18,494 bases of DNA from Oculatellaceae cyanobacterium bins.114 (GCA_033764315.1 JANRJA010000235.1:1-18494); one strand, 5' to 3'. Positions 8,280 through 16,630 are shown, numbered from the stretch's first letter. Numbers and translations are program-made. The notes: a model not told the origin generated them from the sequence alone.

Positions 8280-9557
8280 GTGGTGACCAGCTGGACAAGT
8301 CGAGGCAATAGACAAATTAGTGTTGATGAACAGAGGCTTTATGATCACTTCCTCTATTGGGTTGACGTTGAGTCGCCAAATGAGTTGGTCGATCGTTTCC
8401 ATGCCTTGTTCATTGACGGTGCTCGATACCCCGATGCAGATGTTGTTGCGGCACTTGATAAGGTCGTCTCCTCTAAGCTTGCAGTCGAAGAATTTCGCTA
8501 TGTTCTCAATCGCTGCTGTCATATTCTCATTAACCGCTGGCAATCGCGATCGCAGTCCCAAATGGCGATCCCCGATTTGGTTAAGCTGTTTGAAATAACT
8601 CCTAACTCATCTGTCAGTGTCCATCGTTCACGAACTGTGCGGCGGCTGCGAGAGTTGGTCAAGCTCTTCACCGAAACAGAGCAATACCTGACCCTCTATC
8701 GCTTAGCGCAAGTTTTAAACGAAGCAGCCGAGGCTAATGTAGGCGATCGCCCCCTGGGCACTCTGATTCGACGGTATCCCTATCTTTATGAGCACTGTCT
8801 CATCAGCGATGACAGCTCTCAAGAACACCAGCAAACCATTCGCCAAATTCAAGCTAATATTCAACATCAGTTTGAGATCGATCTATCACAATACATTACC
8901 TATCAGGTTCGGCGTGCTCAAATAGCCGCTAGACCGTCTTCTCCAACGGCGTCTCGAATTATTCAGCCGATTGCCAACCCCACCTTGTTAGGCGATCAAG
9001 AGTTAGGCAGAGCTATCAAACACTACGTCGGCAGAGTTCACAATGGCAAGAGTCACAAAGATGTAGCCCATAACTTCTTAACGCATAGTGGTCAAGCGGT
9101 CTCTTACAAAACCTTCAAAGACGATCTCTACCAATACATCACAGCAGCCGTTGATCCCGAATACGGCAAACGCCAATTCAACAACCAGCTATACAACCAA
9201 CTACAAAATATCTTTCCAGATAGCAATACCAAAAACCTGAGTGATTTCTTAATGGTGCGGACGTGCAGCCAACTCCTCAATTTCTTATTGGTTGACACAC
9301 CCGATCGCCCCAACCATTTTGTCTTCATCGATTTGATTACCAATCTCGGCCCAATCTTGACAACTAGCATTTTGCTCAAGATTGTTTTGATCTGCCGCAA
9401 GGTAAAACCCTGCTTAGAACGGCGGTTGTCAATTCTATTTGGGCATTACGAAGCCTACAATCGCGATGCAGTGCAGTGGTTAATCAGTCTCCTAGAAAAT
9501 GTCAATGTGGCTCTTAGTGCCCATTTTGGAACGATTGACCTATCTTTTGTCCGCTAG
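8280..9557 (+). CDS. Hypothetical protein, probably soluble and helical (~425 aa), divergent from murF
   Basis: Long ORF (434 aa from TTG 8253); GAGGAG at 8265-8270 favours GTG 8280 (or 8283). No recognisable catalytic motif; contains 'LGTLIRRYPYLYEH' and 'NPTLL'. Confidence 0.85.
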   Translation: MVTSWTSRGNRQISVDEQRLYDHFLYWVDVESPNELVDRFHALFIDGARYPDADVVAALDKVVSSKLAVEEFRYVLNRCCHILINRWQSRSQSQMAIPDLVKLFEITPNSSVSVHRSRTVRRLRELVKLFTETEQYLTLYRLAQVLNEAAEANVGDRPLGTLIRRYPYLYEHCLISDDSSQEHQQTIRQIQANIQHQFEIDLSQYITYQVRRAQIAARPSSPTASRIIQPIANPTLLGDQELGRAIKHYVGRVHNGKSHKDVAHNFLTHSGQAVSYKTFKDDLYQYITAAVDPEYGKRQFNNQLYNQLQNIFPDSNTKNLSDFLMVRTCSQLLNFLLVDTPDRPNHFVFIDLITNLGPILTTSILLKIVLICRKVKPCLERRLSILFGHYEAYNRDAVQWLISLLENVNVALSAHFGTIDLSFVR

Positions 9558-9593
9558 ACTTTTGTGATTTACCACGGAATTTGAGGCAAGGCT

Positions 9594-9626
9594 TGAGGCG
9601 ATCGCGATGTAGGTCGATCAGCCTCA
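9594..9626 (+). terminator. Stem-loop downstream of the hypothetical gene
   Basis: TGAGGC-GATCG ... CGATC-A-GCCTCA, an 11 bp stem with one bulge; no clear U-tract. Confidence 0.35.
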
Positions 9627-9765
9627 TAAAAGGATTAGTGAGCCTTTAGAAATAGTTCAATAATTCAGAGGCAATGGGTCTGGATATAGTGGTTTGTTGT
9701 TGATTAATATAAGGAAAAGTGGTCGTTATTTTAGTGACTGCCGCATTAGCAAAGGAGAAGAACGC

Positions 9766-9945
9766 ATGACCCAAGTGGTCTTAGGTGAAAATGAAGGAAT
9801 TGAGTCAGCTTTACGACGTTTTAAGCGTCAAGTTTCCAAGGCAGGGATTTTGGCAGATGTAAAAAGTCATCGCCATTTTGAGACTCCCTTAGAAAAGCGT
9901 AAGCGCAAGGCAGTCATGGCACGCCGTAAGCGTCGCTTCCGCTAA
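9766..9945 (+). CDS. rpsU: 30S ribosomal protein S21
   Basis: [54 protein letters not shown] at 9752-9757 before ATG 9766 (59 aa). Confidence 0.97.
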   Translation: MTQVVLGENEGIESALRRFKRQVSKAGILADVKSHRHFETPLEKRKRKAVMARRKRRFR

Positions 9946-9958
9946 AAAAATTTGCAGT

Positions 9959-9996
9959 ACGAGGGAGCTGGTTGATGAGCCATCGACCTCCCTCGT
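9959..9996 (+). terminator. Strong hairpin directly after rpsU (terminator or 3' stabilising stem)
   Basis: ACGAGGGA/TCCCTCGT (8 bp) plus GGTTGATG/CATCGACC (8 bp, one G-U) with a 3 nt bulge and 3 nt loop; weak U-tail. Confidence 0.55.
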
Positions 9997-10194
9997 GACC
10001 TGATTTGACTCCACTTAACTCAATCGTCCTCATTTGACCAAGGATAAAGAATTATCGAGGGATGAGAGATGACGGGATCATCAAAATTTTTAGTCCTCTC
10101 CTCCTCGCGTCATCCTGATCTTTCCAGCACAACCCTTGACTGGTCAGTTATGGAGTCAAGTTCTTTGAATCTAGCGAATGACTGAACCGTGAGA

Positions 10195-10225
10195 AGAGAC
10201 ATATCGCTTCATGTCTCTCTTGTTG
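10195..10225 (+). terminator. Possible intrinsic terminator in the rpsU-GTPase intergenic region
   Basis: AGAGACAT (10195-10202) / ATGTCTCT (10211-10218), an 8 bp stem followed by CTTGTTG. Confidence 0.4.
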
Positions 10226-10404
10226 CTCTAGCTGATTTTCTAGCTAAATCTGCCATTAACGGTTAGATGTCTCTAACACCACTCCCAGATTCTCTGCTTT
10301 TTGGGCAGGCTCATGTCAACTCGATAGAATGGAACAAGTCGGGCCGATTTGTAACCCGTTCTGTTGAATGACTTGCCCAACACTCCACTATATTTCCCTG
10401 CCGC

Positions 10405-11865
10405 GTGACCTATTCAGAGCAACCTAATTTAAACAGAGAACTGGAGGAAACAGTCCACAGCTTCCACGAAATTCAGTCAGAGCTGCATTATCAAGAGGCC
10501 CAAGACGCTTTGAAGCAACTTGTGGCAAAGCTGAACCTGACTCCAAGAGAACGAGCCGGTTTGGAACCAGAAATTTATAGTTTGCAATCCATGCTAGAGC
10601 GGTTAGAGCAGCAAATTGTTCAAATTGCTGTGTTTGGTATGGTAGGACGGGGTAAATCGTCCCTTCTCAATGCTTTATTGGGTCAAGCCGTGTTTGAGAC
10701 AGGGCCAACTCATGGGGTGACTCAAACCATTCAACGGGCAGACTGGAGCCTCAAGCGAGAAGCGATTCTTGGCAGTCAGCGAGATCTTTTGCGGGTGTCT
10801 CTGAACGGGTTGGGGCGATCGCACATTGAGCTAATTGACACCCCCGGCATTGACGAAGTAGACGGAGAAGCTCGCGAACAACTGGCGCGGCAATTGGCAA
10901 AACAGGCTGACCTAATTTTGTTTGTGATTGCAGGTGACATGACTAAGGTTGAGTTTGACGCTTTGTCAGAACTTAGACGATTTAGTAAGCCACTCTTGTT
11001 GGTGTTTAACAAAATCGATCAATATCCCAATGCCGATCGTCAGGCGATTTATCACAAAATTCGAGATGAGCGTGTGCGCGAGTTGCTCTCTCCCGATGAA
11101 ATTGTCATGGCAGCCGCCTCTCCATTGGTGGCACGGGCGGTGCGGCGAGCCAATGGCACGATGGTTGCTCAGTTAAGCCAAGGAGAACCGCAGGTTGATG
11201 ACTTAAAGCTCAAGATTTTAAATATTCTCCATAAAGAGGGGAAATCGTTAGTGGCGTTGAATACGATGCTCTATGCGGATGATGTCAACGAGCAAGTGGT
11301 GCAACGCAAGCGGGAAATTCGAGAACGAGCGGCTAATCAGATGATCTGGAACGGGGTCATGACAAAAGCAGTGGCGATCGCCTTGAACCCGATCACTGTG
11401 CTTGATCTGGTCAGTGGAGTAGTCATTGATATTGCGTTAATTCTCACCTTATCTAGACTGTATGGCATTGCCATGACACAACAAGGAGCACTGGCACTGC
11501 TACAAAAAATTGCAATCAGTATGGGAGGCATCACTGCTACTGAGCTGATTACCAATTTTGGACTCAGTTCTCTCAAGACAGTATTAGGGTTGTCAACCCC
11601 TGCTACAGGCGGCATCACCCTGGCTCCTTATATGACAGTGGCACTGACCCAAGCCGGAGTTGCAGGGGTGTCATCCTATGCGATCGGTCAAATCACCAAA
11701 GAATATTTGATGAATGGAGCTTCCTGGGGACCGGACGGTCCTAAAGCCGTGATTCATCGAATTTTGACGTCTCTAGATGAGTCGTCAATCTTAAACCGGA
11801 TTAAAGATGAATTGAGAGCCAAGCTTGATGTAGGAAGCCGCTTAAGAGAAGATGGCTCAAAATAA
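10405..11865 (+). CDS. Era/HSR1-like small GTP-binding protein with C-terminal DUF697 (YcjF-like) hydrophobic domain
   Basis: G1 GMVGRGKSS, G2 GVT, G3 DTPG, G4 NKID; hydrophobic C-terminal region 'AIALNPITVLDL..LSRLYGI'; GTG start. Confidence 0.9.
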   Translation: MTYSEQPNLNRELEETVHSFHEIQSELHYQEAQDALKQLVAKLNLTPRERAGLEPEIYSLQSMLERLEQQIVQIAVFGMVGRGKSSLLNALLGQAVFETGPTHGVTQTIQRADWSLKREAILGSQRDLLRVSLNGLGRSHIELIDTPGIDEVDGEAREQLARQLAKQADLILFVIAGDMTKVEFDALSELRRFSKPLLLVFNKIDQYPNADRQAIYHKIRDERVRELLSPDEIVMAAASPLVARAVRRANGTMVAQLSQGEPQVDDLKLKILNILHKEGKSLVALNTMLYADDVNEQVVQRKREIRERAANQMIWNGVMTKAVAIALNPITVLDLVSGVVIDIALILTLSRLYGIAMTQQGALALLQKIAISMGGITATELITNFGLSSLKTVLGLSTPATGGITLAPYMTVALTQAGVAGVSSYAIGQITKEYLMNGASWGPDGPKAVIHRILTSLDESSILNRIKDELRAKLDVGSRLREDGSK

Positions 11866-11910
11866 CTCTAACTTTTCAAGGGATTGCTGAGCGACTGTAT
11901 AAATTTCATT

Positions 11911-12074
11911 AACGTCATTCGGTTTAAGCGGCCCAGCGAATAAATTCGCGGCTACCAGAACAAAGTCCGCCTTCGCGGACTGGCCAAATCAAAGGCTTAC
12001 TGAACCAACATAGGTCGGTTTTGTCCCTATAGCAGCGGTTTCAACCGCCAAAATCTTTATTCCGAACTCAGGTT
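11911..12074. mobile_element. Non-autonomous MITE-like element containing an inverted pair of REP-like double-hairpin units
   Basis: Imperfect TIRs AACGTCA-TTCGGTTTAAG (11911-11928) vs AACCTGAGTTCGGAATAAAG (reverse complement of 12055-12074); CATT on both flanks (11907-11910, 12075-12078); two 46 nt units at 11936-11981 (+) and 12003-12048 (-). Confidence 0.7.
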
Positions 12075-12270
12075 CATTAGGGCATTTTGTGCAATGTCCT
12101 TGCTATCAGGATTAACATCCATAAGTCACATCTGGATTCAACACCGCCCATTTTTGAGGAGCAACGATAGGCTTGTGAGGGGTTGCATCATTCATCATTG
12201 TGCATCTTGATTAAGGCAGAAATTATCTTAAGCTGTTATCGTAGGTTCTAATCCTTGTCATGTCCTTGTC

Positions 12271-14193
12271 ATGCCCCTCATCACTCCAGCCAGCATGGTA
12301 ATTCAAGACTCAAAACTCAGCAATTGTAGCAAATTCGCCACTGTTGACGCTCAGATTGCAGTTTTAAATGTCAAGGCTAGTCAGCTGAGCCGTCTCAATG
12401 TGTGGTCTTTGATAGGGCGTTGGCGTTGGTTGACTCCGTGGACGGGTGCCCTGTTGGTCACGACCTGCGTCATCAGCCTGACTGAACGAGCTGCGATCGC
12501 CCAAAATGCTTCTGAGCCTGTGATTGATGTCGGTATAGTGCAACGGTTTGGTGCAGAAGCGGATGATGAGTTGACGTTGCAACCTTTAAGTGGCGATCGC
12601 CTGACATTGCAATTTAAAACAGGGGAACAGACCCAAACCGTGACCACAACGGGTTCTGTCAAACTCGATATAACGATGCAACCGTTGCCCCAACCGCAAG
12701 CGATTGAGCGAGTGGTGTTGAGCACGCATCGCAGTTTTGAAAGTGCTGAAGACAGTGCTAATCAGTGGCGAGCCCAAGGCATTGAAGTTGAGATTGCTCA
12801 ACCTCGGCAATGGCAGGTGTGGGCAAAACGCGAGACTTATCATAGCCCTCTTTTACGGCGGTTACTATTGCAAAACCTGTTGGCTCAGGGGTCTCAAAAT
12901 GCATCTCAAAATGCCTTTATTGACAGCCAGGTGCAGCAACGAGTTCCCAAGGCAACGTTTGTCGTCAATGGCTATCGATATCAGCGAGACAATCTACAGA
13001 TTGCCACTGCTAATGGTCGAGTGTATGTCGAAGAAGGAGACAGTAATGGCGATCGCCGTTTGTATGGTGGGAGTCTGTACCTGCAACCCAACGCTTACGG
13101 CACCTATACCCTGGTGAACCGTGTTCCCATCGAAACTTATTTACGTGGAGTCGTGCCCCATGAGATTGGGTTAGCTGCACCCTCGACGACCATTGAGGCA
13201 CAGGCGATTTTAGCGCGGACTTATGCTCTAAGAAACCTGCGTCGTTTTGCCATTGACAATTATCAATTGTGTGCAGACACCCAATGTCAGGTCTATCAAG
13301 GTTTGACAGGAGCCGCCACCGAGAGCGATCGGGCGATCGCGGCTACTCGCGGCATGGTGCTAACCTACCAAAATGAATTAATTGATGCTTTGTATTCCTC
13401 AACCACGGGTGGGGTTACGGCTCCCTTTAGCGACGTTTGGAATGGTCCCAATCGTCCCTACCTCCGTGCAGTAGTTGACTCTGTCCAAAGTATTTGGGAT
13501 TTAGGTCAACTCCCCCTCTCTAACGAGCAAAATTTTCGGGTCTTCATGAACCGTAAAACTGGGTTTAATGAAGAAGGTTGGGACATGTTTCGTTGGCGAG
13601 TCGAGAGCAATCTCAGTGAAATAGAAACCGATCTACGGGAATATCTCCGCAATCGGCAAAACCCTCTGGCTAACTTTAGGCAAGTCGAAAATATAGCAGT
13701 GCTGGAACGATCAGAAGCTGGACGGGTGATTAAACTTTCAATTCAGACCGACCGGGGATTGATCGAACTGCAAAAAGACGAGATTTTGCGTGCGCTCTAT
13801 GCACCCAACAGCACGCTGTTCTATCTTGAGCCAATTTACGAAACGGTAACGCTTCCTGAAGCAAATCCTCCTGAGGCAATGCAAAACATGCCCCCACATG
13901 GAGCGATCGCGGCCTCCCCTAAACCAGACGAGGTTACAACACCTAAAACCAACATTTCCCCTGCCCCAGTAGCTCAAGCCAGCCCATCGCAACGGTTGAA
14001 AGGCTATGTTTTTGTCGGAGGCGGCTTAGGCCATGGTGTGGGCATGAGCCAGACCGGAGCTTACAATTTAGGTGATTTAAGATGGTCAGCCGAGCGCATC
14101 TTGAGCTTCTATTATCCAGGTGCTCAAGTACAACCTCTCAAGAGCGATACAGTGTATTGGCGTGAACCAGAGGCAGCAGAAACTGGGGAGTGA
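12271..14193 (+). CDS. SpoIID/LytB domain-containing protein (putative peptidoglycan lytic transglycosylase / amidase enhancer), exported
   Basis: 'LVNRVPIETYLRGVVPHE', 'EAQAILARTYA', 'LCADTQCQVYQG', 'YSSTTGGVT', 'PYLRAVVD', 'GGGLGHGVGMSQTGA', 'ILSFYYPG'; signal-like hydrophobic stretch ending AIA-Q. The start codon is uncertain and may be 12295 or later. Confidence 0.92.
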   Translation: MPLITPASMVIQDSKLSNCSKFATVDAQIAVLNVKASQLSRLNVWSLIGRWRWLTPWTGALLVTTCVISLTERAAIAQNASEPVIDVGIVQRFGAEADDELTLQPLSGDRLTLQFKTGEQTQTVTTTGSVKLDITMQPLPQPQAIERVVLSTHRSFESAEDSANQWRAQGIEVEIAQPRQWQVWAKRETYHSPLLRRLLLQNLLAQGSQNASQNAFIDSQVQQRVPKATFVVNGYRYQRDNLQIATANGRVYVEEGDSNGDRRLYGGSLYLQPNAYGTYTLVNRVPIETYLRGVVPHEIGLAAPSTTIEAQAILARTYALRNLRRFAIDNYQLCADTQCQVYQGLTGAATESDRAIAATRGMVLTYQNELIDALYSSTTGGVTAPFSDVWNGPNRPYLRAVVDSVQSIWDLGQLPLSNEQNFRVFMNRKTGFNEEGWDMFRWRVESNLSEIETDLREYLRNRQNPLANFRQVENIAVLERSEAGRVIKLSIQTDRGLIELQKDEILRALYAPNSTLFYLEPIYETVTLPEANPPEAMQNMPPHGAIAASPKPDEVTTPKTNISPAPVAQASPSQRLKGYVFVGGGLGHGVGMSQTGAYNLGDLRWSAERILSFYYPGAQVQPLKSDTVYWREPEAAETGE

Positions 14194-14265
14194 GCCAAGA
14201 GAGGGCTGAGTGAGGTCTACACCACACATCGCCAGCAAGGCTGAGTGAAACAGTGAGAAGCAACA

Positions 14266-14292
14266 AGGCAGGAACACAATCGCGCCCTGCCT
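14266..14292 (-). terminator. Putative terminator between convergent spoIID-like gene and petF
   Basis: AGGCAGG (14266-14272) / CCTGCCT (14286-14292) stem; followed on the minus strand by TGTTGCTTCT. Confidence 0.45.
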
Positions 14293-14344
14293 ACACCTTT
14301 CATATAGAGCACACCCAGAAGGGGAATGCTAAACAAGCTTAAAC

Positions 14345-14644
14345 TTAGTAAAGTTCCTCTTCCTGGTGAGTGATGATGGTGCAATCTGAAGTGGGGTATG
14401 CCACACAGGTCAGAACATATCCAGCTTCAATTTGATCATCATCAAGGAAGGACTGATCAGATTGATCAACCGTACCGTCCTTAATCTTGCCAGCACAAGT
14501 TGAGCAAGCACCAGCACGACAAGAGTAGGGTAGGTCAATTCCCTGCTCTTCAGCAGCATCAAGAATGTACTCGTCGTCTGGAACTTCGATAGTAGTATTC
14601 AGCCCTTCGGCCTCGTTGATCAACGTGACCTTAAAAGTTGCCAT
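14345..14644 (-). CDS. petF: Plant-type [2Fe-2S] ferredoxin I
   Basis: [76 protein letters not shown] upstream. Confidence 0.98.
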   Translation of the reverse strand: MATFKVTLINEAEGLNTTIEVPDDEYILDAAEEQGIDLPYSCRAGACSTCAGKIKDGTVDQSDQSFLDDDQIEAGYVLTCVAYPTSDCTIITHQEEELY

Positions 14645-14751
14645 GTAGCAAATCCTCTCAATATTTGAAACGGCAGTCTGAGCGTTATGAAACAGTAACC
14701 ATCACAACAGCATTGAAGTGAAAGCCAACCGTTTTAATCTGCTCTTCTCTG

Positions 14752-14757
14752 ATACTA
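14752..14757 (-). promoter_or_regulatory. Candidate -10 element for petF
   Basis: TAGTAT on the minus strand about 108 nt upstream of the ATG; motif match only. Confidence 0.3.
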
Positions 14758-15121
14758 CGGGAAAACCTAAAAGGATGTGACGTTTAATCGAGGAATCGTT
14801 GAATGGGATTCGTAATGTGATGTTCAAACTTAATCCTGAATTACTTATAAGTGAGGGTTCAGGGTTGATGATTGTTGATGATTAATCAATGTCGGATTGA
14901 GAAAAGCAGGGACGGAAGTGGTTGATAATTAAGCATTCCGAACAGATCTATTAATGAATCGCAGGCATCAAAATCAGCGTTATTTATATTTCAAATAAAG
15001 AAGAATAAATACTTTGGAACACCCCTGCTTTCCTCGGCATTTTGAGGATGACTTATGACAGAGTTTGGGGTAGAACTGAACAGGCTTCACAGCAGTTACG
15101 CACTTGTCTCTTTAAAAAATT

Positions 15122-16135
15122 ATGCCCAACCATGCGACTGGATATAATCTCACATTTCCCTTACGGGTGGGATTGGTAGGTACAGGATATGCCGCCAAAA
15201 CCCGAATAGAGACATTAAGAGCAGATACGCGATCGCACTTAGTGGCGGCGGCAGGGCATAGCCGAACTCGAACCGCTGAATTCAGCAAAACTCATGACCT
15301 TCGAGCATTTGACTCTTGGGAAGAGTTAGTCGAGCACGCTGACATTGATTTGGTATTTATCTCGACGATCAACCGGGATCACGGTGCGATCGCACGAGCC
15401 GCCCTAACCGCAGGGAAACACGTCGTGATTGAATATCCACTGGCATTAGAGGTGGCTGAGGCAGAGGAATTGTTGGTGTTGGCTAAAGACCACAATCGTT
15501 TTTTGCACGTTGAACACATTGAATTGTTGAGTGGCATTCATCAGGCGATCGTCGATCATCTGCTGAGCATTGGCACTCCTTTTTACGTCCAGTCGAGTAA
15601 CCTCAACCCCCAACGCCCTGCTCCTCAAAAATGGACCTATCAACCCGAATTGTTTGGTTTTCCGCTATTGGGGGCAGTCTCCCGGATTCACCGCTTAACT
15701 AACTTGTTTGGGCAAGTTATGACCGTGAGCTGTCAGTCTCGCTATTGGCAACCCAATGATAGCTTCGATACCTACACCACATGTCTGTGCACCGCTCACC
15801 TGCGCTTTGCCAACGGACTGATCGCAGAAATCATCTATGGTAAAGGCGAGGCACTATGGCAGAGCGATCGCAGTTTCACAATCCACGGGGAAAAAGGGGC
15901 AATTTTAATTGATGGGGAAGAGGGCACACTGGTCTTGGGTGATGAGACACAACCCTTAGACATTGGGAGTCGCCGAGGTTTATTTGCCAGAGACACAGTG
16001 ATGGTGCTGGATCATTTAGAAAAAGGCACTCCACTCTACGTCTCACCCTCCGACAGTTTGTATGCTCTGCGAGTGGCAGATGCAGCCCGACAATCCGCGG
16101 AGACCGGAGAGACGATCAAGATTGGTAGCTTTTAA
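15122..16135 (+). CDS. bvdR: Biliverdin reductase (Gfo/Idh/MocA family oxidoreductase)
   Basis: Rossmann motif RVGLVGTGYAA, 'GKHVVIEYPLAL', and 'LHVEHIELL' typical of biliverdin reductases; 'KWTY..LFGFPL'. Confidence 0.85.
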   Translation: MPNHATGYNLTFPLRVGLVGTGYAAKTRIETLRADTRSHLVAAAGHSRTRTAEFSKTHDLRAFDSWEELVEHADIDLVFISTINRDHGAIARAALTAGKHVVIEYPLALEVAEAEELLVLAKDHNRFLHVEHIELLSGIHQAIVDHLLSIGTPFYVQSSNLNPQRPAPQKWTYQPELFGFPLLGAVSRIHRLTNLFGQVMTVSCQSRYWQPNDSFDTYTTCLCTAHLRFANGLIAEIIYGKGEALWQSDRSFTIHGEKGAILIDGEEGTLVLGDETQPLDIGSRRGLFARDTVMVLDHLEKGTPLYVSPSDSLYALRVADAARQSAETGETIKIGSF

Positions 16136-16145
16136 AGACACATCC

Positions 16146-16541
16146 TCAACGCAAACTGGCCGAGAGAGTTACTTCTAGATCGAGTTCATCCGATGTCTCG
16201 TCAGACGGTGCATTACTTCGACGCGAATACCACCATTCCTTGAGTAACACAGGCAGCTTCACCCAATACAGCGTCATCACCAGTGGTTCACCGGGGTGGT
16301 GTTGCTCTAGGATTTGTACAGAATAGGAAGGAGAATTTTGAGATGACAAATCGACGACGAATCGCCTACCAATTCGTCGCCAACTCGGTTCTTTGCCATG
16401 CCATTCTAATCGACAACAGGGCCAGGGCAGCTCTTCTCGGTCAAATAAGCGACAACAGGGACCAATCACTCGATAGGTGAAATGTCCACCGGGGCTTAAG
16501 AAAGTATCTCCAAACTGGAGTGGATGCTGAGGTAACTTCAA
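16146..16541 (-). CDS. Small hypothetical protein with duplicated PCCRL motif
   Basis: 131 aa ORF (TTG start, uncertain) filling the gap between rpsN and bvdR on the same strand as rpsN; 'GPCCRLFDREELPWPCCRLEWHGKEPSWRRIG'. Confidence 0.7.
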   Translation of the reverse strand: MKLPQHPLQFGDTFLSPGGHFTYRVIGPCCRLFDREELPWPCCRLEWHGKEPSWRRIGRRFVVDLSSQNSPSYSVQILEQHHPGEPLVMTLYWVKLPVLLKEWWYSRRSNAPSDETSDELDLEVTLSASLR

Positions 16542-16630
16542 GCTAAGACTGTATCAAGATAACTTTACGAATTGACGATGTAAAACAAGTCTTCCGTTTG
16601 AATAATCGCCAACCACAGTTGATTAACACT

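Noticed and set aside
9563..9578. TGTGA half-site after the hypothetical gene as a second CRP box
   Set aside because: The right half (ACGGA) does not match TCACA.
9694..9765. N-terminal extension of rpsU
   Set aside because: A strong AAGGAG RBS precedes ATG 9766, where S21 homology starts.
10062..10118. 18 aa ORF MRDDGIIKIFSPLLLASS
   Set aside because: Very short and the SD-like sequence abuts the ATG; less plausible than the 38 aa frame.
11911..12074. CRISPR mini-array or tRNA interpretation of the hairpin cluster
   Set aside because: The units are inverted rather than direct repeats with spacers, no cas genes are present, and there is no cloverleaf or T-loop consensus.
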